From contig CAWHTE010000011.1 of assembly GCA_963832165.1 (NCBI GenBank), forward strand, positions 416,001 to 480,000: DNA of 64,000 bases, read 5' to 3'. Position numbers and translations under genes: made by a program. Below, one piece after another: positions 20,142 to 28,847 of the stretch. The notes under the pieces were generated by a model, which ran no database searches, had not been told where the DNA came from, and saw only the letters and a program-made list of their open reading frames with translations. Numbering within the stretch: position 1 is the first letter of the stretch; each line of letters begins with the position of its first letter. Source of the DNA: an uncultured delta proteobacterium. Its GTDB lineage: Bacteria; Myxococcota_A; UBA9160; SMWR01.

Positions 20142-20201
20142 TGTGAAACTTGCGTAAAACCCGGATCGACCCGGGTCCAATGTGAAACTTGCGTAAAACC
20201 C
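20142..20201. repeat. Two perfect 21-bp direct repeats TGTGAAACTTGCGTAAAACCC (39-bp period) with a palindromic spacer
   Basis: Copies at 20142-20162 and 20181-20201; the spacer contains GACCCGGGTC. Confidence 0.85.
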
Positions 20202-20260
20202 CGACGGACCGGACACTCGCGCCGCCGCGCCCGGGGGTGCGGATCACCCAGGAGACCGAG

Positions 20261-21055
20261 ATGGACGACCGCCGCAGCTGGCGCCTGTCGGAAGCCGAGC
20301 GCCGGGCCTGGCGCGACGACGGCTTCTTCGTGCGCGCAGCCGTGTTCGGCGCGGCGGAGCTCGCCGAGCTGGGTGCGGCGGCCGAGCGCTGTGTCGCGCG
20401 CGCGACCGCAGCGATGGAGACCTCGAGCACCCACTACGCGATCGACGGCAACGTCTATCACGAGGCCGGCGGCTCGACGATCCAGCTCGAGCACGCGGCC
20501 GGATCGCAGACGATCCGCGTGATCGAGCCGTTCCATCACCTCGAACCGCGGATGAATCGGTTGCTCGACGATGCGCGGATCGTCGAACCGATGCGCGACC
20601 TGATCGGCGACGAGCACGTGGCGCTGTTCACCGACAAGCTGAACCTGAAGCGGCCGCGCGAGGGCTCGCGCTTCCGCTGGCACCAGGACTCGCCCTACTG
20701 GGCCCACTTCTTCCGCGAGCTCGAACGGCTCCCGAACGTGTTGGTGACACTCGACGACGCCGACGAGTACAACGGATGCTTCCGAGTGATCCGCGGCAGC
20801 CATCGCCGCGGCATGCTGCCGGGCTGCGAAGGAGATGGCCGGCTCGGACCGCTATTCACGGACCCGCGCGCGTTCGAGCTCGCCGACCAGGTGCCCGCGG
20901 TCGCGCCCGCGGGCAGTCTGGTCTTCTTCAGTCCGCACACCGTGCACGGCTCGGAGCCCAACCGCTCCGACACGAGCCGCCGCGCGCTGGTGCTCACCTA
21001 TCAACCCGGTGGAAACCGGATGTTCAAGGTCGACGCGAAGCGCGAGACGGGCTGA
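20261..21055 (+). CDS. Phytanoyl-CoA dioxygenase (PhyH) family Fe/2OG dioxygenase
   Basis: DGFFV, KLNLK, WHQD (HxD), NGCFRVIRGSH, HGSEPNRS...RR. GGAG RBS. Confidence 0.88.
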   Translation: MDDRRSWRLSEAERRAWRDDGFFVRAAVFGAAELAELGAAAERCVARATAAMETSSTHYAIDGNVYHEAGGSTIQLEHAAGSQTIRVIEPFHHLEPRMNRLLDDARIVEPMRDLIGDEHVALFTDKLNLKRPREGSRFRWHQDSPYWAHFFRELERLPNVLVTLDDADEYNGCFRVIRGSHRRGMLPGCEGDGRLGPLFTDPRAFELADQVPAVAPAGSLVFFSPHTVHGSEPNRSDTSRRALVLTYQPGGNRMFKVDAKRETG

Positions 21056-21559
21056 CTACTTCTTGTAGGGCGGTTTCGCGAGCGAGCGCACGAACGCGAC
21101 CACATCGCGGATCTGATCGTCCGTGAGCGTGCCACCCCAGGGCGCCATCAGCGGCGACTTGCCCACCGCAGCGCCGCCCTCCTTGATCGTCTTGAACAGA
21201 TGCTCGTCGGTGAGCTTGTTCATGTAATTGCCGTCGCAGTGGTGGGCCGGCTGCGGGTCGAGTCCGGCGGCACCGGGACCGGCCGTACAGCCGTCTTCGC
21301 CGTGACAGGTGGCGCAGAGGAGCTTGTAGTGCGCGGCGCCGCGAGCGATCGCGTCTCCAGGGGTGGCCGCGGCCATCTCGGCCGGAGGCGCTGCGGGCGG
21401 CGGTGCCGGCGCGGGCGGCGGAGGCGGCGGTGCGGGCTCCTCCGCGGGCGGCGGCGGAGTCGGCGGGGTGGGGAGCGCAGTGGTCGTCTCACCCGAATCA
21501 CCACACGCGAGCGCCGTCCAGGCGATCGCGGTGCAGAGCGTCCAGCGAATCAAGCGCAT
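21056..21559 (-). CDS. Monoheme cytochrome c lipoprotein with Pro/Ala-rich linker
   Basis: Signal peptide with LAC lipobox, Pro-rich linker, CATCH heme motif, GKSPLMAPW axial Met region. Confidence 0.85.
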   Translation of the reverse strand: MRLIRWTLCTAIAWTALACGDSGETTTALPTPPTPPPPAEEPAPPPPPPAPAPPPAAPPAEMAAATPGDAIARGAAHYKLLCATCHGEDGCTAGPGAAGLDPQPAHHCDGNYMNKLTDEHLFKTIKEGGAAVGKSPLMAPWGGTLTDDQIRDVVAFVRSLAKPPYKK

Positions 21560-22161
21560 CGGCGTTCTCCTTCGAGGAATGCGTCCCAGAGCTCGTCGTA
21601 GGTGTGTGTCACCGGGAACTGCGGGAACTCGCGAATCACGTTGTCCGGGGGTCGGAACAGGATGCCGAAGTCGGCGGCGCCGAGCATCGCGGTGTCGTTG
21701 TAGGAATCGCCCGCCGCGACCACCTGGTAGTTCAGGCCCTGGAACGCCACGACCGCGTGTCGCTTCTGGTCCGGCATCCGGAGCTTGTAGTCGATCACGC
21801 GCCCGCGCGCGTCGGTCACGAGCCGATGGCAAAGGAGCGTGGGGAGCCCGAGCTGGAGCATGAGCGGCTTCGCGAACTCGTAGAACGTGTCGGACAGGAT
21901 CACGACCTGGAAGCGGTCGCGCAGCCGGTCGAGGAACGCGCGCGCGCCGTCGAGCGGCGCGATCTTCGCGATCACCGCCTGGATGTCGGGCAGGCCGAGA
22001 CCGTGCTGCTCGAGGATCGCGAGCCGCCTCTTCATCAGCACGTCGTAGTCGGGCTCGTCGCGCGTGGTCACGCGCAGCGCCTCGATGCCCGTGCGCTCAG
22101 CGACGTTGATCCAGATCTCGGGCACCAGGACGCCCTCGAGGTCGAGGCACGCGATCAGCAA
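21550..22161 (-). CDS. thrH: Phosphoserine phosphatase / homoserine phosphotransferase ThrH
   Basis: [45 protein letters not shown]. Confidence 0.93.
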   Translation of the reverse strand: MLIACLDLEGVLVPEIWINVAERTGIEALRVTTRDEPDYDVLMKRRLAILEQHGLGLPDIQAVIAKIAPLDGARAFLDRLRDRFQVVILSDTFYEFAKPLMLQLGLPTLLCHRLVTDARGRVIDYKLRMPDQKRHAVVAFQGLNYQVVAAGDSYNDTAMLGAADFGILFRPPDNVIREFPQFPVTHTYDELWDAFLEGERRCA

Positions 22162-22167
22162 CGGAGT

Positions 22168-23529
22168 CTACGGCTCGAGGATCGGATGGAGATTCTGAGC
22201 CGGCAGCGTCTCGCGCAGCTTCTTGAGTGCACGCGCTTCGAGCTGTCGCACGCGCTCGCGCGACAGGCCGAGCGACTGCCCGATCTGCTCGAGCGTGTGC
22301 TCCTCCTCGCCACCTAGGCCGTAGCGCAGGCGCAGGATCAGCTGCTCGCGCGACGTCAACGCGCCGATCAGGAAGCCGACTCCGGAGCGCATGCGCTCGC
22401 CGTCGAGTCCGTTGTCGGGCGCAGCCGAAGTCGGATCCGCGACGAAGTCCTCGAGCCGCTTCTCCGTTCCCGCGACCGACGACTCGAGCGAGATCGCCTC
22501 GCGCGACAACAGATCGAGCGCTTCGAGCGAGCCCGCGTCCGTGCCGAGCTCGGGTGCGAGCTCGGCGGGCGTCGGCTCGCGGCCCAGCTTGCCCGTGAGC
22601 TCCGCGCGCACGCGCTGGCTGCGCTGCAGCCGGTCGTGCACGTGCGAGGGCAGCCGGATCGTGCGCGAGTGGTTCTGGATCGCGCGCACGAGCGCCTGCC
22701 GGATCCACCACACGGCATAGGTCGAGAACTTGAAGCCGCGCCGGTGGTCGAACTTCTCGACCGCGCGGATCAAGCCGAGGTTGCCCTCCTGGATCAGGTC
22801 GGGGAACGACAGGCCCAGGTTGCGGTAGTCCTTCGCGATCGCGACCACGAGCTTGAGGTTGTGCTCGATGAAGCGATTCTTCTCGATGCTCATGCGCTCG
22901 TGGGCGTTCTCGACGTCGGCGACCTTGTCGAGCAGGTTCGCGCGCACCATCTCCACGTCGCGCTCGAGATCGCGGAAGCGCTTGGTGCCGCGGCGCGCAC
23001 GCTTCATCTCGAGCGACACGTCGAGCACGCGCTGGCGCATCTCCGCGAGCACGGCGAGCGAGAGCTGCGCCGCCTTCATCTCGCGCGAGATGCGCGCGTC
23101 GACCTTGGCGAGCTCCTTCTGGTTGCTCGAGTCGCGTGCCTTGTCGCGGTGCTGCAGCAGCGTGCGCAGCCGCTTCACGGCGCGCTCGACGCGTGCGGCG
23201 ATCTCGCCGGTCTCCTCGTCTCCCACCGACTCGGACAGCTTCGCGCCCGTGTGCGAGAGCGCGCGCAGCTCGTCCCAGCGCGAAACCACGTGGCGCGCGC
23301 ACAGCGGGATCGAGTACAACGCGTCGCGCAGATCCGACGTCGCGGCCTCGAGCTCCTTCGCGAGGAGAACTTCCTCCTCGCGGCGCAGCGTGCGCGTGCC
23401 GCCGATTTCCTGGAAATACGACTCCAGCGGCCGTCGCTCCCGGCCGGGATCCAGGTCATCGGCCGCAGCGGCGCGGGTGGCGCCCGTGGCCTGCTGGGTC
23501 TCATCTGTGGACTTGTTCTTGTGTTCCAC
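22168..23529 (-). CDS. RNA polymerase sigma-70 factor, RpoD/RpoS-like (lacks region 1.1)
   Basis: Region 1.2 [53 protein letters not shown]...[14 protein letters not shown]. Confidence 0.92.
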   Translation of the reverse strand: MEHKNKSTDETQQATGATRAAAADDLDPGRERRPLESYFQEIGGTRTLRREEEVLLAKELEAATSDLRDALYSIPLCARHVVSRWDELRALSHTGAKLSESVGDEETGEIAARVERAVKRLRTLLQHRDKARDSSNQKELAKVDARISREMKAAQLSLAVLAEMRQRVLDVSLEMKRARRGTKRFRDLERDVEMVRANLLDKVADVENAHERMSIEKNRFIEHNLKLVVAIAKDYRNLGLSFPDLIQEGNLGLIRAVEKFDHRRGFKFSTYAVWWIRQALVRAIQNHSRTIRLPSHVHDRLQRSQRVRAELTGKLGREPTPAELAPELGTDAGSLEALDLLSREAISLESSVAGTEKRLEDFVADPTSAAPDNGLDGERMRSGVGFLIGALTSREQLILRLRYGLGGEEEHTLEQIGQSLGLSRERVRQLEARALKKLRETLPAQNLHPILEP

Positions 23530-24100
23530 CTTCAGAAATTCCTCGACCCCCCCACGGTGCGACTCCGCACCGAGGTGTCGGATACCGCCCGGAGAGGTCC
23601 CGTTTCAAGCGTTTTCTTTGATATTTCCAACGGCCGCCCGTGCGAAGCGCCGGACGCAGTCCGGCGTTGCGGGTGAGCCGTCGGCCAGTGGGCGCAACAG
23701 GCTGGGATGGGGAAGGCGTTGTCCGGCCGGACGGTGATGATTGAACAGAACTGGAGGGGGGATGGCGCGAACTTGGATAACCCGGAATTTTGCAGGATAG
23801 AACCTTCAAAGTCCAGCGGTTTCTCGTGCTTATGCGGCTCGCAGCGGTTCGGATTAACGGGCGGGACGCCCTCTCCGGTCCGGTTTCTGTGTCGGGAATG
23901 GGTCATTCGTATCGGCTGGGGAGGGTGAAACCCCGAGCGCAGGGCAAAAAACAACGACACCCTCCTACCCTATGAAGTGGCCATGACGGCAGCTCGTGGG
24001 GCCCCAAGGGGAGAATCCAAAAACGGTGGCTCCCCCGGGGTCCTGGAAGTTCCGTCGATTTGCGCGTGAAACCCCGACATCCGCAACACTCGGGCGCGCC

Positions 24101-25243
24101 ATGACCGGGGATGCCCAGGATTGGGTCGGTGAGCCGTTCACGGAGAAGGCCTTCTACCTGGCCGATTTCCGCGAGCGCACGCTCGCGATCGCAGGCGGCG
24201 CCGACGCGCTCGCGGACCCCGCACCCGTGCGCTCGGTGTTCGCGGAGCTGGAGCCCAACCGCACGCGCATCGTGCTGCTCACGACCGACGCTGCGTTCGC
24301 GCGCGCGCTCGATGCGCCGATCGTCGCGCTCGCGCGCGAGCGCGCACGCGGATCGCTCTGGCGTGCGCTGCGCTCGGCGCCGCGCGTAGCGCTGCTCGTC
24401 GACCCCGGCGCGCCGTTTGCCGCCGCGTGTCGCGAGCTCGCGGTCAGTTTGCGCGTGTCGAAGCTGGTGTTCCTCGATCCGGTCGGCGCGCTCGTGCGCG
24501 GCGACGGCGCGCGGCTCTCGTTCGTGGATCTCGACGAGCTCGCCGCGTTGCTCGCGGATCCCACCGGCGATGCTGCGCGGCGAGCGCCGCTCTTGCGCGA
24601 GGTCGATGCGGCGCTGCGCGGCGGAGTGGCCGCGGTGAATCTCTGCACCGCTGCAGGGCTCGGCGAGGAGCTGTTCAGCTATGCCGGGTCGGGCACGCTG
24701 TTCACGGTCGGCCGCTATGTCGACGTGCGGCCGCTCGGGATCGACGACTTCGCCGCCGCGAGCGATCTGGTCGCGCGCGGCGTCGCCGAGGGATTCCTCG
24801 CACCGCGCAGCGAGCCCGACGTCGACCTCCTGCTCGCGAACGGCTTCGGCGCGTTCGTCGAACGCAGCCACCTCGCGGGCATCGGTGCGCTCGTTCCGCT
24901 CCCGGAGTCGGGCGCGGGCGAGATCGCGTCGCTCTATACGCTCACGCGCTTCCTCGGCGAGGGAATCGGCGGATACATCCTCTCGGCGCTGTGTCAGGTG
25001 GCGCGCGAGCGCGGACACGCCTTCGTGTTCGCGTGCACCACGAGCGAACGCGTCGCGGGCTTCTTCGAGCGCAACGGCTTCAAGCGCGTCGGGCCCGCGG
25101 AGATCCCCGCGGAGAAGTGGCGCGACTACGACCCCGAGCGCCGCGCGCGCGTGCTGTGTCTGCGCCGCGACGCTCACGCAGTCGACGAACTGGAAGCAGG
25201 GGGGCGACTCTCGCCGCCCCCCTGCCAGACTGACCGGACGTGA
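24101..25243 (+). CDS. ArgA-like amino-acid N-acetyltransferase (degenerate kinase-like domain plus GNAT)
   Basis: FY..DFRERT, KLVFL, ELFSYAGSGTLF, GFLAPRS, EIASLY....FLGEGIG, VFACTT, FFERNGF. Confidence 0.7.
   Translation: MTGDAQDWVGEPFTEKAFYLADFRERTLAIAGGADALADPAPVRSVFAELEPNRTRIVLLTTDAAFARALDAPIVALARERARGSLWRALRSAPRVALLVDPGAPFAAACRELAVSLRVSKLVFLDPVGALVRGDGARLSFVDLDELAALLADPTGDAARRAPLLREVDAALRGGVAAVNLCTAAGLGEELFSYAGSGTLFTVGRYVDVRPLGIDDFAAASDLVARGVAEGFLAPRSEPDVDLLLANGFGAFVERSHLAGIGALVPLPESGAGEIASLYTLTRFLGEGIGGYILSALCQVARERGHAFVFACTTSERVAGFFERNGFKRVGPAEIPAEKWRDYDPERRARVLCLRRDAHAVDELEAGGRLSPPPCQTDRT
25196..25225 (-). terminator. 11-bp GC hairpin, probable terminator of rnpB
   Basis: GCAGGGGGGCG-8 nt-CGCCCCCCTGC immediately 3' of rnpB on the minus strand; the U-tract is weak. 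Confidence 0.5.
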
Positions 25244-25665
25244 TCGGTAAGCCGGGTTCTGTCCCGCCGCGCGAGCGGCGGTGGGGATCATTCATCTAGG
25301 CGCCGCATTGCTGCGGCGCTCGAGCGCTCTAACCCGCGCACTGGCACTCCGAGGAGTGCTTCGGACGAGCCGCCCTCGACAGTGCGCCTATTCGAGCTTG
25401 CTCCGGGAGGGGCTTGCCCCGCCGCCGGTCACCCGGCTGTCGCGCGTGGGCTCTTACCCCACGATTTCAACCTTGCCTGAGCCTCCCCGCGCGTCGTCTC
25501 TCACAACGCCGCGCGGATCTGCGGCCATCGGCGGTGTCGTTTCTGTTGCGCTTTCCCTCGGGTCACCCCGGGTCGCCGTTAGCGACCTCCCTGCTCTGTG
25601 GAGCCCGGACTTTCCTCCCGCGAAAGAAGGTTGTCTTTCGCCGGCGATCCCCTGATCACCTCCGG
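25234..25665 (-). ncRNA. rnpB: RNase P RNA (bacterial type A)
   Basis: Minus strand contains GAGGAAAGTCCGGGCTCCACAGAGCAG, GGAAAGCGCAACAGAAA, GGTAAGAGCCCAC, GGCAAGCCCC..GGAGCAA, CTAGATGAATGA and ACAGAACCCGGCTTA. P1 ends CCGGAGGTGATC / GATCACGTCCGG pair. Confidence 0.97.
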
Positions 25666-25775
25666 CGCTTCCATCCTACCGAAGTTCCTGCCCGCAACCT
25701 GACTAAGAGTTCTATTTAGATATCAAGTAAAGTATCTATTGCATATCGATTCAATACCGGATAAATAGTCTGCCG

Positions 25776-26526
25776 ATGGCTACGAGCCCGAGTGCCGCGA
25801 CCCCGACGGTCCCCAAGCCCGACGAGATCTTCGATCCGGTCGGGCGCGGTCTCGACGTGATCGGTGACCGCTGGACGCTCCTGCTGGTGCGGCACCTGCT
25901 CGGGGCCCATCGCGGCTTCCAGGAGCTGCGCAAGCGCACCGGGATCGCGCCGCGCGTGCTGTCGAGCCGGCTGCGCCAGCTCGCTGCCGACGGGTTCGTC
26001 GAATCGGTCGCGGACGGCTCGCGCTCGCTCTACGCGCTCACGCCCCAGGGTCGCTCGCTCGCGCCGATCATCACCTCGATCGGGCGCTGGTGGATCTGCC
26101 ACGGACTGCGCGACCTCGACATCGACCCGAGCCGGTTCAACCGCACCTCGGCGCAGTCGGTGATCGAGTCGCTGCCGTTCATGGTTCACGCGGAGCGCGT
26201 CCGCGGGCGTCGATCTCACGTTCGAGCTGCGACTCGAGGGCGAAGGCGGCGGCGTCTGGACCGTGCGCGTGAACGACGGCTTCTGCGACGTGCGCCCGGG
26301 CTTCTCCCAGCGCGCCGACGTCCGCCTCACCGCCGACGCGCAGCTCTGGTGCGGCGTCGCGCTCGGCCTCGTCGATGCGCGCGATCTCTACCAGCGGGGC
26401 CTCCTGCGCAAGGAAGGCGGCCTCGAGGCGATGGACCACTACTTCCACCAGGTGGCGCCCGAGGGACGGGCGCGCCCGGTCGAGCAGGTACTTCCGCAAT
26501 ACGCAAGCGAAAGGAGTGACTCGTGA
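25776..26526 (+). CDS. HxlR-family winged-helix regulator fused to SCP2 lipid-binding domain; frameshift near 26205
   Basis: LDVIGDRWTLLLVR.L, F.EL....GI...VLS.RLR.L, YALTP.G. The SCP2-like part (WTVRV.DG...ADVRLTAD...) continues in another frame. Confidence 0.8.
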
Positions 26527-27623
26527 TCTCGTTCAAACCTACGGAGGAGCAGGAGCTCGTACGCGACGCGATGCACGAGTTCGCCGAACAGGCGATCCGT
26601 CCGATCGCGCGCGAATGCGACGAGGCGTCGCAGGTGCCCGAGAGCTTCCTCGAAGCAGATCCATGGCGCTCGGCCTCGTCTCGACTGCAGATCCCCGAGG
26701 CTTACGGCGGCGCGGGCGAACTGCGCTCGCCGATTACCAACGCGATCGTCGCTCGAGGAGCTCGCGCTGGGGCGACGCCACGCTCGCGGTTGCCGCGCTC
26801 GCGCCCGCCGCGTTCGCGAACGCGGTGATCGATCAGGGCACCGACGCGCAGCGCAAGGCGCTGCTGCCGCAGTTCTGCGGCGAGCGCTTCCACGCCGCCG
26901 CGCTCGCGTGGATCGAGCCCGGCGCCGTGTTCGAGCCGCTGCTCCCGCGCACGCTCGCCGAGCCGAAGGGCGCGCGGATTCGTGCTCTCGGGCGCGAAGA
27001 GCTTCGTGCCGCTCGCCGACCGCGCGAGCCACTTCCTCGTGATCGCGCGCAACAACGGCGGGCTCGATGCGTTCATCGTGCCGCGCGACGCGGCAGGGCT
27101 GCGCATCTCCGAGCCCGAGAAGCAGCTCGGGCTGCGCGCGCTGCCGAACGCGGTGCTCGAGCTCGAGCGCGTCGAGCTGCCGGCCGAGGCGCGGCTCGGC
27201 GGCGACGCGGGATGCGACGTGCGACGGCTGCTCAACCAGTCGCGCGCAGGGCTCGCGGCTGCGATGACGGGTCTCTCGCGCGCCGTGATCGAGTACGCGA
27301 TTCCGTATGCGAAGGACCGCGAGGCGTTCGATCAGGCGATCGCGCAGAAGCAGGGCATCGCGTTCAAGCTCGCCGAGATGCACATCGAGACCGAGTCGAT
27401 GCGCTGGCTCACCTGGAAGGCCGCGAGCCAGCTCGAGCAGGGGAGCGACGCGCTCAAGTCCTGTCACCACGCGCGCGCCTACGCGGCCACGCAGAGCATG
27501 TGGGTCGCCGACCAGGGCGTGCAGGTGCTGGGCGGGCACGGCTTCATCCGCGAGCACCCCGTCGAGATGTGGTACCGCAACGCGCGCACGCTCAGCGTGC
27601 TCGAAGGCACGCTCTCTCTCTAA
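26523..27623 (+). CDS. Acyl-CoA dehydrogenase (several frameshifts)
   Basis: MISFKPTEEQELVRD..HEFA, IPEAYGG, LSGAKSFV, LGLRA, YAKDREAFDQAI, GVQVLGGHGFIREHPVE.WYR. Confidence 0.85.
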
Positions 27624-27666
27624 CCCCGATGGCCTCCGCACCTGCAGTGCGGATGGAGGATCCAGC

Positions 27667-28847
27667 ATGATCGACTTCACTCTCACCGAGAAGGACAAGC
27701 AGCTGCTCGACCAGGTGCGCGCCGAGGCTCTCGTGTGCCGCAAGTACGCGCGCTACTACGACGAGAACGAGCACGAGTTCATCCCGGACGAGTTCCCCGA
27801 GGACAAGGACTTCCCGAACGTCTATGCCCATTTCGCCGGGCGTACCGAGACCGACTACGAGCATGCCCGTGATGAGCATGCTGCTCTCGTCGGGACAGAC
27901 CTGGGGCGACTACTCGGTGCGGCTGCGCCGCGCGAAGGGCGGTCTCGGCAACGCGGCGCTGCGGGCCTCGGGAACGCCCGAGCAGCAGGAGAAGTGGAAG
28001 GGGCCTGACGCTCGCCATGGCGATCACCGAGCCCGGCTGCGGCTCCGACCCGTCGAAGGTGCAGACCACTGCGGTGCTCGACGGCGACGAGTGGGTGATC
28101 AACGGCGAGAAGATCTTCGTGACCACGGGCTGCAAGGCCGAGGGCGTGGTGGTCTGGGCCACGATCGACAAGTCCGCGGGACGCGCCGGCATCAAGTCGT
28201 TCCTGATCGAGAAGGGCACGCCCGGCTTCGTCGTCGCCCACAAGGAGAAGAAGCTCGGCATCCGCGCCGACGACACCGCGGCCTACGTGTTCAAGGACTG
28301 CCGGATCCCGCGCGCGAACCTGCTCGGCGGCGACGAGTCGATCCCGAAGGAGAGCTCGGGCGGCTTCAAGCGGCGTGCTCAAGACCTTCAACATGACGCG
28401 GCCCGCGGTGGCTGCGGTCGGGCTCGGCATGGCGCAGGCGGCGCTCGACTTCACGCGCGACCAGCTTCGCGAGGCCGGCATCGAGATCGAGTACGGCGGG
28501 TCGCGTGCACAGCCAGTCGGCCGTGGTCGCGAAGTTCCTCGAGCTCGAGGCGCTGGTCGAGGCGGCCGAGCTCACGATCCTGCGCGCCGCGTGGCTCGTC
28601 GGGCGAGGGCAAGCCCAACAACCTCGAGGCCTCGGTGTGCAAGGCGAAGGCCGGCACCGTGGTGCGCCAGGTGACCCAGGGCTGCATCGAGCTGCTGGGC
28701 CCGCTCGGCCGTCTCGCGCGAGCACCTGCTCGAGAAGTGGTTCCGCGACGTGCGCATCACCGACATCTACGAGGGCACGGGCGAGATCCAGCGCATGATC
28801 ATCGCGCGCGCGAGCTGCTCGGCTACACCCGCGCGGAGCTCAACTAG
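27667..28847 (+). CDS. Acyl-CoA dehydrogenase (several frameshifts)
   Basis: MIDFTLTE, AMAITEPGCGSD, WVINGEKIFVT, KKLGIRADDTA, EASVCKAKA, LEKWFRDVRITDIYEGTGEIQR across frames. Confidence 0.85.

Noticed and set aside
20142..20201. Mini-CRISPR array
   Set aside because: Only two 21-bp repeats, an 18-nt spacer, and no cas genes in the window.
21360..21480. Low-complexity GGC/GCG tract
   Set aside because: Simply encodes the Pro/Ala linker of the cytochrome c lipoprotein.
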